From an uncultured candidate division Zixibacteria bacterium (lineage in GTDB: Bacteria; Zixibacteria; MSB-5A5; UBA10806), in contig CAWDFP010000009.1 in the NCBI GenBank assembly GCA_963801605.1, positions 7,694-71,693 on the forward strand: a stretch of 64,000 nt of DNA, given 5' to 3'. Positions within the stretch are counted from its first letter, which is position 1. The number at the start of each line of letters is the position of its first letter. The translations under genes and the position numbers were made by a program. Below the pieces are notes generated by a model, which searched no databases, was not told the origin of the DNA, and was given only the letters and a program-made list of their open reading frames with translations. Of the stretch, positions 13,487-26,120 are shown piece after piece.

Positions 13487-14660
13487 GTGAATAATAGAGA
13501 AGAAAAAAATCCTGATAGTTTCGACCAGCTTTCCTAAGAGCCAGGGGCGATAGTCTCTCTCCATTTATGTGGGAATTTTGCCTCAATTTATCTCGGCTCA
13601 ATTGGGATATTACCGTGCTGGTTCCGCATCACAAGGATTTACCGGAATACGAAAATTGGGATGGAATCAGATCCGGCGATTTCGCTATTTACCGGAATGA
13701 TTTGAGGATGTTGGCTATTCCGGCGGCATCATGCCCAATATCAAAAGCAAACCCTGGAAAATACTCAAATTACCTTTTTATATTATCGCAATGTACCGGG
13801 AAGCGCTCAGGCTTGCTATCGATGAGAATTTGATCTTGTCAATTTTCACTGGTTCTTTCCGGCGTCATTCTGGCTTCGGCAATTTTCTCGAAGTTCCGGC
13901 TTGCCCATTGTCCTTACCGGACATGGTACAGATATTTTATGGCCTCCGGTGGCATCTTTAAGAAAATCGCAGATTACGCTTTCCCTGCCGCCGCAGCAGT
14001 GACGGTAAACAGCGAATATATGAAAAGCCGTCTGGCTCATAATAATCTCCCATCTAAAACCGAGGCCATATTTGTCGGAGTCGATAACGTCAAATTCAAA
14101 CCGTCGAATATCACACCGTCGCAATCCCGGACGGTCCTTTACGTGGGACGGCTTATCAGGCAAAAGGGGATAGATCTGTTGATCGAAGCATTTATCGATC
14201 TGAAGAAACAGTTTCCCGATGCCAAGCTTCAGATAATCGGTTATGGCGCCGAAAAGGAAAATATTCAAAAGATTATAAGACAGGGCAGTTTCGAAAACGC
14301 GGTATCAATGATAGATGCAGTGCCTCATGACTCATTACCCGATATTTATCGCAAGGCCAAAGTGCTGGTGTTGCCGTCACTGATCCCAGAGGGATTGGGG
14401 ATGACCCCGGCCGAGGCCGGGCTGTGCGGAGTACCGTGCATTACTTTTGGCCTGGGAGGCACTTCCGAAATCGTTGTCGATGGCAAAACTGGATTGATTG
14501 TGGGGCCATCGAATGATGAACTGGCATCAGCGCTGATACGCCTTTTCAAGGATGATGAATTTACCGATGATCTTGGTCGCAACGCCGAAGTCATCTCGAG
14601 CAAATAATTTCCTGGCCCAATATCGCCGGCCGATATGATGCTCTCTTTGAGGGACGGTGA
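13487..14660 (+). CDS. Glycosyltransferase family 4, frameshifted
   Basis: ILIVSTSFP, YVGRLIRQKG, PEGLGMTPAEAGLCG, GGTSEIVVDGKTG. Confidence 0.85.
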
Positions 14661-14800
14661 TTGAGTCGAATCAATATCGGCAAAGAGCAGGTTATCCAGA
14701 TCGGCGACCGTTATTAATTAGTTTTTTAATTGCGCTTATTACGTCGGCTATTTCATAAAACTGTTCTATGATAGATTCGAAAGGCTTATGAGTCTTTTGG

Positions 14801-16656
14801 ATGATAGGCAATATTCTAATTCCAATAATCTGGGCAGGCGGCTTGTTGAGTCTGGCGATGCTATGGCTCGAACCGAAAAAGCAAGACCGGAGCTGTTTTT
14901 CCCGGCGGCCGGTTTCCTGGGCCTGGCAATCTATGGCCTGGGGTCTAATAACGCCTTATCTCCCGGTATTTTTATGGGCATTACTTATGCTGTTTGCGGT
15001 ATCATCTGTCTGGTATATTTATAAAGCGCATGTGATTCATAGGCTTATATCCGTCGTCAAGATTCATCCGCTTATCACCGTAATTATTACCTTTTTACTG
15101 TTTTGGTTTTCGCTGGCTGCGCTATCCTATCCCGGTCACTATCGATTCGCTCTATTTTCACCTGGGATTGTCGAAGCATTATGCAAAGGCCGGCGAGATA
15201 TTTTTTACCGAGGGGAATCTTTTTTCGGCCGCGCCTAGAACAATGGAAATGATTATTACTGCTTTTTATTCTATGGGACTGGAGCGCGCCGGGCAGTTTT
15301 TCGTGATGCTCATAGCCGCTATTTTCATCTGGGCTGTCTGGCAGCGAGCCCGCTCGTTTGGCGGCGATGGTAAAATCTCTGCCCTGATGATTCTAACTGT
15401 CCCGATATTCACAGCTCAAGCTATTTGCTCCAAGAATGATTTCCTGCTCTGGGGTTTGTGTTTTTTCGCGATTTGTAAGTCTTGGGATTTCATGCAAAAT
15501 AGCAAAATAAGTGATCTCGTCTGGGCTGGAATAGGTGCCGGGATGGCAGCCGGAACCAAGGCTATCGGTTTGGCGCTTTACGCTCCCTTGGCACTTCTAA
15601 TATTGTATAATATTATTTTGGGGAAATATCGTATTCGCCATTTCGCTTATTTTTCCGTTGCTTTTCTTTTGCTTTGCTCCCCCTGGTATCTATACTCCTG
15701 GATAATTACGGCAAATCCATTCTATCCGTTTTTTAACAGCATTTTTCACTCGCCATACTTCCCCGCGGCCTATGAAAGTTTCAATAATGAGATTGCCATT
15801 AAGACTGTAGAGAAAAGTATTTTGAGCATTTTCAGCTCTCCCTTTAAACTGATCTTCTAGCCCGATCTATATGATGGACGCCTCGGATTCGCCATTATTC
15901 TCTTTCCGGCCTTGCTATTGTTTGTGCGCAAAATACCATCGGGCATCAAGACCCTGGGATGGAATTTCTTTTATGTTTTATCCAATCTGGTTTTTCGGTT
16001 TTGCTTATGCCCGCTTCCTCCTGCCGATCTATCGGCCCTATCTATCGCCGGCTCATTTCTGGTTCTTGCAATATGCAGGGAAAACAAGCTCCTAAAAATT
16101 ACAATATTGGCATCGCTAATCATCGCCCTTTTACTGCCATTGCCTGCGCTCGTTCGCGACATGTCTCCCAGGATAAAATCTGTTATTTATGGTGAGTCAA
16201 AGTATGAATTTCTTTCTCGTTTGGAGACTATGAATACCTATCAAACTCACAGCGCAATCACATACAAACAATTCCTGTATCTCGATGCCTGGAAATACCT
16301 CAATCAAAACTCTCCTTCTGATTCCAGAATAGGCATCCTGACATCGTTTGGAACCAGAGCCGATGGCTACTATCTTGATCGTAATTTTATCTATCTCAAT
16401 CCCTCGGAACAACTCGAGTACAATTTTGCAAAATTGCGGGATTCGGCTGAGATAGCGGAAACACTTAAGGCTTTAAAAATTAACTATATCGTGATCGATT
16501 CGTACGGTGGCTAAAGGAGTTTTCCGAAACGTTCCGATTGGTCGCACTATCCTAATTTTGAGCTATTTGGCGATGGCGTCAAAGCACTATTAATTTTTGC
16601 AATTCCCGTAGCAGCCCGTCTTTTCAGATTCTCGCTACAAAATCTACAAAATATAA
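14801..16656 (+). CDS. Polytopic membrane protein, GT-C-like, frameshifted
   Basis: Many TM segments, DSLYFHL(x)LSK-like loop, KND, GMAAGTK, PWYLYSWIITANPFYPF; ends KIYKI* at 16656. Confidence 0.55.
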
Positions 16657-16688
16657 ACCCATCCCCCGCGCCGCAGTTAGGGGATGGG
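16648..16688 (-). terminator. Rho-independent terminator with minus-strand polarity
   Basis: 9-bp stem CCCATCCCC/GGGGATGGG (16658-16688); minus strand continues UUUAUAUUUU, plus strand has no U-tract. Confidence 0.7.
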
Positions 16689-16803
16689 TCCCAGGAGGAA
16701 GGTACGTCACCGTATCTCATTGCCTTATCTCGGCTTATCATCATCGGCTGTTCGGGCCGGGAAGCTATTCGAAGGCTCTTTCGAGTCCTCTACCTTTTCC
16801 AGA
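16650..16803 (-). ncRNA. Candidate structured small RNA (~150 nt), no family recognised
   Basis: Bounded by a sigma54-like promoter and a terminator whose U-tract is on the minus strand; contains a GAAA-tetraloop hairpin, a GCC/GGC hairpin and 5'/3' closing complementarity; no RBS-led ORF inside. Confidence 0.5.
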
Positions 16804-16813
16804 ACTATAATAA

Positions 16814-16829
16814 AGCAGTTGGTGTGCCA
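16814..16829 (-). promoter_or_regulatory. sigma54 (-24/-12) promoter
   Basis: Minus strand TGGCACACCAACTGCT: GG-N10-GC, close to consensus TGGCACG-N4-TTGCW; predicted +1 near 16803. Confidence 0.6.
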
Positions 16830-16928
16830 TCCTCGTTAAAATAGACTGGACTTTGAGAATACATGTAATCTCCATGTTTTCAATGAGATATAAGCGTTGG
16901 TAGTTTTCAGGCCCCTTTGCTTGCCCGA

Positions 16929-16937
16929 TGTGGATAA
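16929..16937 (-). promoter_or_regulatory. Perfect DnaA box upstream of the dcw promoter
   Basis: TGTGGATAA, i.e. TTATCCACA on the minus strand, intergenic. Confidence 0.55.
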
Positions 16938-17019
16938 CTCGAAATTATGGGAATCTTCCCCCAATGTATAGCCCTATGACAATATAGTGTAATGATCTAC
17001 GTCAATAACTAAATTTTTC

Positions 17020-17072
17020 TTGACTCCAATGGTAAAAAGTGGCACTATATGGGAAAATGTGGGTGAAGAGGG
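17020..17072 (+). promoter_or_regulatory. dcw promoter overlapped by MraZ-binding direct repeats
   Basis: TTGACT(17020-25)-17-CACTAT(17043-48); RTGG repeats at exact 10-bp spacing at 17029, 17039, 17049, 17059, plus AGGG at 17069. Confidence 0.8.
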
Positions 17073-17077
17073 TTTAA

Positions 17078-17521
17078 TTGTTCACGTTCAAAGGTACTTA
17101 CAACTATTCAATCGACCATAAGGGTCGTCTAAGCGTACCGTTAAATTCAGGGATAAGACCGATATCGCCAGCCGGTGAGCATTACGTAATCGCGCGAGGC
17201 TTTGAGGGTTGTCTCTATGTTTATCCGCGCGAGGCCTGGACGCAGGTGGAGGAGAAATTGTCGGCCCTGAAGACCATTTCCGATCCGCATGCGCGCTTTT
17301 TCGTAAGAACCCTTCTCTCCAATGCCGCCGATCCAAAGATCGATAAGTTGGGCAGGATTATGATTCCCCAGAATCTGCTCGATCTGGCAGGTATTAAAAA
17401 GGACGTAGTTGTACGAGGAGTATTGGAAAAGATCGAAATCTGGGATCCGGAAATTCTCAAGAAGTATGAAGAGAGCCAGCCGGATTCCTATGAAGATGTG
17501 GCGAAGCAGCTTCTGATTTAG
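17078..17521 (+). CDS. mraZ: Division/cell wall cluster transcriptional repressor MraZ
   Basis: FKGTYNYSIDHKGRLSVP, IDKLGRIMIP, KIEIWD. Confidence 0.95.
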   Translation: MFTFKGTYNYSIDHKGRLSVPLNSGIRPISPAGEHYVIARGFEGCLYVYPREAWTQVEEKLSALKTISDPHARFFVRTLLSNAADPKIDKLGRIMIPQNLLDLAGIKKDVVVRGVLEKIEIWDPEILKKYEESQPDSYEDVAKQLLI

Positions 17522-17522
17522 C

Positions 17523-18828
<1,306 letters not shown>

Positions 18829-18832
<4 letters not shown>

Positions 18833-20793
18833 TAAGCAAGCAATCGATAAATAAGAACGGCCAGATTGTTATTGGCTTTGTCGCCTTTTTCTGGGTGATA
18901 TTTTTTCCTGCGTGCTATCCAGGTTCAGGTAGTCCAGAGCAAGCAGTTTAAAGATTATGCCAATTCTCAGCAGCAATCGACTATGCAACTTGGCGGCCCG
19001 ACGTGGCACTATCTACGATTGCAAAGGGTCGTCCGCTGGCCTGCGACGTCGAAGCCAAATCGTATTCGGTCAGTCCCAAACATATGAAAAAACCATCGGA
19101 TGGCTGCCGCCAAGCTAGCGGAGATTACCGGGACAATCAAAAGCCTATTGGATGCAGCAATTTACCAAGCGACCCGGATATCTGATGGTCGGGACGTCGG
19201 GTCTCTCAGGAGATAGCGTACAAATTCGACAATTCCGGTATAGAGACTCTAGCCGCTCGTAGCGAAACCCGGCGTATCTATCCTTATGGATTGTTGGCTT
19301 CCGAGGTTATCGGTCGCACCGATACCGATAATAAAGGAGTCTCAGGTCTGGAACTACAGTATAATGACATTCTCTCCGGCCTCAGGATGGGGAATCGATT
19401 TATCTAAAAGATGCCTACGGACGGGAAGTGACATCGTGGGAGCAGACTCTGCAGCCGCCTGTCAATGGCTCTGATATCTATCTGGCTCTCGATCTCGATA
19501 TGCAGGAGATTGTTGAAAACGAATTGCAGGCCAAGCTTGATTCCTGCGGCGCCAAATGGGGAACTGGCAATTTTTCTCGATGTCGAGACCGGCGGTATTT
19601 TGTCTTGTGCCACGCTCGAAGCGGATAAATCGCTATTCCGTCGCTGCCGCGCTATTGCGGATATGAATGAACCCGGATCAACCGCCAAAATTATTCCATT
19701 GGTGACAGCCTTTCAAAATAATATTTATGAACCGGATGACATTATTAACGTAGAAGATGGCAGGTTCACTTTAGGTCAGCATGTCATAAAAGATGATCAT
19801 CCGCATGGTCTTCTGCGTTGTAGCCGAGGTTGGAGTATATTCATCCAACGTGGGCGCCGCCAAGATCGGATTGAAGGCCGGGCCTGATCTGATTTATAAG
19901 ACTTTGGTACAATTCGGTTTTGGCGTCAAGACCGGAATCGATTTTCCCGGCGAATCACCCGGCGCTCTTCGTAAGCCTGAATCCTGGTCGCGACATGAGT
20001 TGGCTATCATCTGTTTCGGCTACGGTATGTCGGCCAGCTCCCTGCAGATTGTAAATGCCTATGGCGTTATCGCCGGCGGCGGAGACTTCTTAAAACCATT
20101 TTTCGCCGCAAAAATGGTTACAGCAGATAGTGTCGAAAGGGTCCTCAATACCAGGACTGTCGTAAGACAAGCCACCGATGAACGCACCGTGAGAATTATG
20201 AACGGCATATTTGAGGAGGTAGTGCAAACCGGTACCGCCAAAAAGGCAATCGATGATATTTGTATGATCGCCGGTAAAACCGGGACTGCCCTCAGAGCAC
20301 AAAAGGGCGGCGGCTATATCAAAGGCAAAGCGCTGGCATCATTCACCGGATATTTCCCGGCCGATGATCCGAAAATTGTCGGCATCATCATGTACGATGA
20401 GCCCAAGACAGGAGTCTATGGCGGCGATATTTCGGCCCCAGTGTTCAAGAATATCGCCAAACGTTATAGTACGCTTCCGGGTAATAATATGCTGGTTAAT
20501 GCCAGACGCAGAAAGCCCAAAGAGCAGAACGGGCAATTCACATCGGCGGCGAGGCTAAAATCATGCGAAGCTCGGAAAAACGGTTTATCAATGAAACCGC
20601 CAAGAAGAAACCGGTCATTGGAGGCTTTCGCGATTTCACCGGTATGACGATCCGAGACGCTATTCGCGCCGCCAAAGAAGCCGGGTTGAACTTTAAAATA
20701 TCAGGATCAGGAGTAGTCGTATCGCAAAACCCACCCGCGGGAATGGATACGACGGGAGTTCAAATCGTTGAGTTAATCGGTGAGACGCGATGA
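18829..20793 (+). CDS. ftsI: Class B penicillin-binding protein (FtsI/PBP3) with C-terminal PASTA domain, heavily frameshifted
   Basis: RGTIYD, RRIYPYG, EPGSTAK (SxxK), YSSNVG (SxN), AGKTGTA (KTG); PASTA DFTGMTIRDA...GSGVVVSQNP. Confidence 0.9.
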
Positions 20794-22302
20794 ACTTTAT
20801 TTTGATGAACGAAAAGACAAAATCGAAATATGCCACTACGCTGGGCGAGCTCTTTAGGGGGCTCGATGTGCAAATGCCGTCGGGCTGCGCCGATGTGGAA
20901 ATCAACGGTTTGGCCGATGATTCTCGTCGGGTGAACCTGGGCGATCTCTTTGTCGCGGTTCCCGGCACCTCTATCGATGGCAGGAAATTTGTTGGCGAAG
21001 CGACATCGCTGGGCGCTGTTGCTATCCTGACAGCGCCCGGCCAGGAGATTAAAACAAGTGTGCCGGTTATTCTGGCACGCAATTTTAGATCGATTGTGGC
21101 CGCCGTAGCCGACCGTTTCTATTGGAATCCAACATCGAAGCTAACTGTAGCTGGGGTTACCGGCACTAATGGCAAAGACGACAGTCACATATCTTGATTT
21201 CCGCCATTTTTGATTCTATCGGCCAGAAGTGGGGACGTATCGGGACTACCGGTTATGATCTTGGCGGCCAGATTCTGCCATCGAGTAATACCACGCCCGG
21301 CGCTATCGATTTGCAGAGATATTTTGCCACTATGATCGAGCGAAGCTTGAGCGGCTGCGCCATGGAGGTTTCATCTCATGCTCTGCATCAGGGACGGTGC
21401 GAATCGGTGCGGTTTGCCTCGGCTACATTCACCAATCTCAGCCAGGACCATCTCGATTATCATAAGGATATGGACTCCTATTTCGAGGCCAAAGCTATTC
21501 TTTTCGAACCGCGCGCCGATTTCTATTATCGATATCGACGATGCCCACGGCCGTATTCTGGCCGGGCGCATCAAGGGGAAACTGCTCACATTCTCATCTG
21601 GAGCGCGATGCCGATCTGCAGTACCGCGTGCTCAACGCCGACCTGCACGGCTCGACTCTGGAATTCCGCTATCAGGGACATTCGGTACAATTTGAATTTC
21701 CGCTTTCAGGATGGTTCAATCATCAGAATGCGGCGGCTGCGGCGGCCACCGCAATAGGATTGGGATTGTCGCTTGAGATTGCCGCCGAGGGCCTTTCCAA
21801 TGCTCCCGCCGTGCCGGGACGGTTACAGGCGGTCAAGGCTGGTCAACCATTTGGAGTTTATATCGATTACGCACATACTCCCGATGCTCTCGAAAAGCTC
21901 TTGATGAGCCTGAGGGAATTCGAGCCAAAAAACCTGCGAGTCGTATTTGGATGCGGGGGCGACCGCGACAAGACCAAGCGCCCGATAATGGGAGGAGTTG
22001 CCTCAAAGTTGGCGGATATAGTTTATATAACGTCGGATAATCCCCGTAGCGAAGAGCCGGCGGCCATTATTAAAGATATTAGTGAAAGGCGTTGATAGAC
22101 AAGAAACGCTGTCATGTTTTCGAGGATAGGGCGCAGGCTATCAAGACCGCACTCTCTAATGCTATCGATGGCGATATAGTCGTCATTGCCGGCAAGGGGC
22201 ACGAGGATTATCAGGTTATCGGTTCTGTTCAGAAAATATTTCTCTGATTTCGAGGTAGCAAAATCGGCGTTAGCCAAGATGGGTTATGCAGCTAATGACT
22301 GA
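20790..22302 (+). CDS. murE: UDP-MurNAc-dipeptide--meso-DAP ligase, frameshifted
   Basis: DDSRRV, GVTGTNGK, TTP, MEVSSHAL, TNLSQDHLDYH, DYAHTPDAL, GCGGDRD, SDNPR (DAP-specific motif), AGKGHE. Confidence 0.95.
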
Positions 22303-23676
22303 AGAGAAAGTCTCGCTATTTAGTTTAGGCGAGATTGGTGAAATCCTGGGGTCAATTACGGAGGGGGATCCCGGATTTCACCATCGCCGAATATTTGGCA
22401 TAAGCACCGATACCCGCACTGTCGGCAGGGGAGAGTTGTTCATCGCTATTAAGGGCGAGAAGCATGATGCCCATGATTTTCTGGATATCGCCTTTCGCCG
22501 AAGGGGCAGAGGCGGCTATTGTTGAAAAGCCTGAGGCCGACAAGCGCGGACTTAGTCCGGCCACAAATATTTCATAGTCGACAATACTCTCATTCGGCCC
22601 TGGGGAAGTTGGCAGCGGCATACCGTCGCAAGATGCCGGCAAAAATTATCGGAGTTACTGGCTCAAATGGCAAGACAACAGTAAAGAATATAATATATAG
22701 TATTATATCCAATCAGGGTCCGGCCCTGAAATCGTATGGTAATTATAATAATTTAATCGGGCTGCCGATTTCCATCTTCAAGCTGCGCGAGGAACATCGC
22801 CTGGCGGTATTTGAGCTGGGGATGAGCGCCCGCGGCGAAATTTCGAGGTTGGGCGAGATCGCCAACCCCGATCTGGCTGTAATTACCAATGTCGGTCCGG
22901 TTCACCTCGAATTTTTGAAGACTATCGAGGAAGTGGCATTGGCCAAGCTGGAAATTCTCGAGCATTTAAATCCATCTGGCGTGCTCGATACTTAATGGCG
23001 ATGACAACTTGCTGACCTCGAAGATGAAACCGATAAAACAGCGAATCATTAAATTTGGCCTGGAAGCCGGAAAACGATATCAGGCCTATAACCCTGGAAT
23101 TCGATAGCGCCCAGATGCCACATTTCAAGATTGACAATCACGATGTTACTCCGCATATTCCAGGCATCCACAATGTCTACAATATTCTGGCGGCATACGC
23201 GGTGGCTCAGGCGCTCGGCATCGATTCCGCCAACGCGGTTGCGGCCATCAACGGTTTTCAGCCGGAGGGGATGCGTTCCGAGGTACTTCACAAAAACGGC
23301 CTGACCCTGCTTGTCGATTGCTACAATGCCAATCCGGCATCAACCCGGATAGCGCTTGAGACTCTGGCTCGGATTAAAGGCGATGGCCGCAGAATCGCGG
23401 TCTTGGGCGATATGTTGGAATTGGGTGATAATGCCTCGACACTATCATAAGCAAATCGGAGAGTTGGCCGGAAAATTGGGGATCGATTATGTTTTCGCAA
23501 TCGGGCCGCTATCGAAACATATTGCTGAATGTTTGGAAACAACGGTTTCCATTTCGATACCAATGATGAGTTGACAAAGAGTTTAGTCAGAATTTGTAAC
23601 AAAGGGAGACCTTATCCTTTTCAAAGGATCAAGGGGAATGGCGCTTGAAGAAGTAGTGAATGTGTTGATGAACTAA
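22286..23676 (+). CDS. murF: UDP-MurNAc-tripeptide--D-Ala-D-Ala ligase, frameshifted
   Basis: STDTRT, VTGSNGKTTVK, NNLIGLP, ELGMS, DCYNANP, LGDMLELG, KGSRGM. Confidence 0.93.
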
Positions 23677-23678
23677 AA

Positions 23679-24766
23679 ATGCTCTACCATCTTATTGTAC
23701 CCACTCAGCAAATATATTTCAGGATTCAATCTCTTTAAGTACATCACTTTTCGGATGGCATATGCCACCGTGACAGCTATGCTGATCAGTTTCCTGTTTG
23801 GAACTCTGTTTATCGAAATGCTCAGACGATTCCAGGTGAAAGAGAATATTCGCGCCGATGGCCCCAAAACACATCTGGCTAAAGAAGGTACCCCGACTAT
23901 GGGTGGCTTGTTGATCCTGATGGCGATAGTTATTCCCACAATATTCTGGGCCGATCTCTCCAATCGTTATATCCAGCTTATCCTGCTGGTGACCATCTGG
24001 ATGGGCGGTATCGGCTTTATGGATGATTATCTCAAGGCCAAGCGCAGAGAAAGAAAAGGGCTTGTTGCCAGGAAGAAATTCCTCGGGCAGGTTGCAATAG
24101 GGCTAATTCTCGGTACTATTCTTTATCTCTATCCTCCTGATCCCGAATTTCACGACATCGACCGATCTGCCGTTTTTCAAAAATTACTATCTCGATTTCG
24201 GTATCTTCTATATCCCCTTCGTGGTGCTGGTTCTGACAGGCGCCTCTAATGCCGTCAATCTCACCGATGGTCTCGATGGTTTGGCGATCGGGCTTTCCGG
24301 TATCTGTGCCCTGACATTCGCCGGTCTCTGCTATATCACCGGGCGAATCGATTTCAGTAATTATCTCAATATTCAATATCTGCATGGGGCCGGAGAGCTG
24401 ACAGTCTTTTGCGGCGCGATGCTTGGGGCCTGCCTCGGCTTTCTCTGGTTTAACGCCAATCCTGCCAAGGTCTTCATGGGCGATACCGGTGCGCTGGCGC
24501 TTGGCGGGGCGTTGGGGGCATTGGCGCTCTTAGTGAAAAAAGAAATTCTGCTCGTGATAATCGGCGGTGTCTTCGTGATGGAGGCCACCTCCGTTATCAT
24601 TCAGGTTCTTTATTATAAATTGACCAAGAAGAGAGTCTTCAAGATGGCGCCGTTGCATCACCATTTTGAACTATCGGGTTGGAAAGAACAGCAAGTGGTG
24701 GTTCGGTTTTGGATTTTAGGAGTTATCTGCGCGCTGATTACACTAAGTACGCTGAAAATAAGATAA
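23679..24766 (+). CDS. mraY: Phospho-N-acetylmuramoyl-pentapeptide transferase, frameshifted
   Basis: [47 protein letters not shown]. Confidence 0.96.
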
Positions 24767-24767
24767 G

Positions 24768-26120
24768 ATGGATTTAAAGTATAAAAAATTCAGTATTATT
24801 GGAGCCGCCCGCAGCGGTGTGGCCGCCGCCGAGATTATTCTAAATCGCGGGGGCTTACCTGTTTGTCAGCGATAGCGGGCAGATCAAGGATGCATCGTTA
24901 CTTCAAAAGCTACAATCGCTTGGTATCGAACATGAGATCGGCGGACATAGCGACAGGATATATGATTGCGAATTCATGATCGTCAGCCCGGCTGTACCCT
25001 CGGATTCGGAAATCATCTTTAGCGCTAAGGCTCGCGGGGTTATAGTCTGGCCTGAAATCGAATTGGCTTATCATCTTTGCAAAGGGAAGATAATCGGCAT
25101 AACCGGTTCCAATGGCAAAACTACAACCACCGCTTTAGTCGGCAAGATTCTCGAGGAAGCCGGACTGAAAACCTTCGTTTGCGGTAATATCGGGTCACCA
25201 TTCATTGGAATCGCCGAGCAGGTGCCCCATGATGGTTGGGCCGTGATTGAAGCTCTCGAGTTTTCAATTGGAGCAAATTGAATCATTCCGTCCCAATATC
25301 GCGGTCTTTTTAAATCTAACTCCTGATCATCTCGATCGTCATAAAAACATTGAAAATTACGCCGCCGCCAAGATGCGGATATTCGAAAATCAGGGCGACA
25401 ATGATATGGCAGTTGTCAATCACGATGACGAGCTTTTGCATACACTATCCAATCAGATACCATCCTATATCAATTGGTTTTCGACTCGCCAGAATCTCGA
25501 TAGCGGTGTCTGGGGAATCCCCGGCGAAGGCGTCTATGTCGGTCAGCGCGAGATAATGAAGGCCGAGGAGATTAAAGATCAAGGGTGAACACAATCTCTC
25601 CAATTCCTGCGCCGCCATAGCGGCCGCGCTTGGCGCCGGAGTACCGGAGGAAAATATAATAGAAACTTTAAAATCCTTTGCCGGGGTGGAGCATCGACTC
25701 GAGCCTGTGAGGCTCATCGGAGGGGTGAGCTTCATAAACGATTCCAAAGGCACGAATGTCGATTCTGTCTATTGGGCGCTCAAGGCGGTTTCCGCCCCGG
25801 TAATACTTATCGCTGGAGGCAAAGATAAGGATGGCGATTTCAGCGCCCTAAATGACATGATCTCGAAGAAAACCAAGCTGGTGATCCTGATTGGCAAGGC
25901 CTCGGATAAAATAGAGGCTACCTGGAAGGATTTGGTACGTTGTGTCAGGGCCGCCACCATGGATGACGCGGTCAGAACATCATTCAAAGAAGCCAAACCG
26001 GGCGATACTGTTTTGCTCTCTCCCGGCTGTGCCTCCTTTGATATGTTCGATAATTATGAGCATCGGGGACGGGTTTTCAAGCAGGCGGTTAATGAATTAG
26101 CCGAAGGAGCATCGGAATGA
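24768..26120 (+). CDS. murD: UDP-MurNAc-L-Ala--D-Glu ligase, frameshifted
   Basis: GAARSG, ITGSNGKTTT, GNIG, SSFQLE, NLTPDHLDRH, EHRLE, NDSKGTN, SPGCASFDMF. Confidence 0.95.

Noticed and set aside
16547-16744. 65-aa minus-strand ORF
   Set aside because: No SD, runs through the terminator and antisense into the upstream gene
16650-16800. SRP RNA, 5S rRNA, 6S RNA, c-di-AMP or fluoride riboswitch, or hammerhead ribozyme
   Set aside because: Only short resemblances (CCCGAAC, GCCGAUGAU, GGCAAUGA); the conserved cores such as CAGGUCCGGAAGGAAGCAG or CUGAUGA...GAAA are missing
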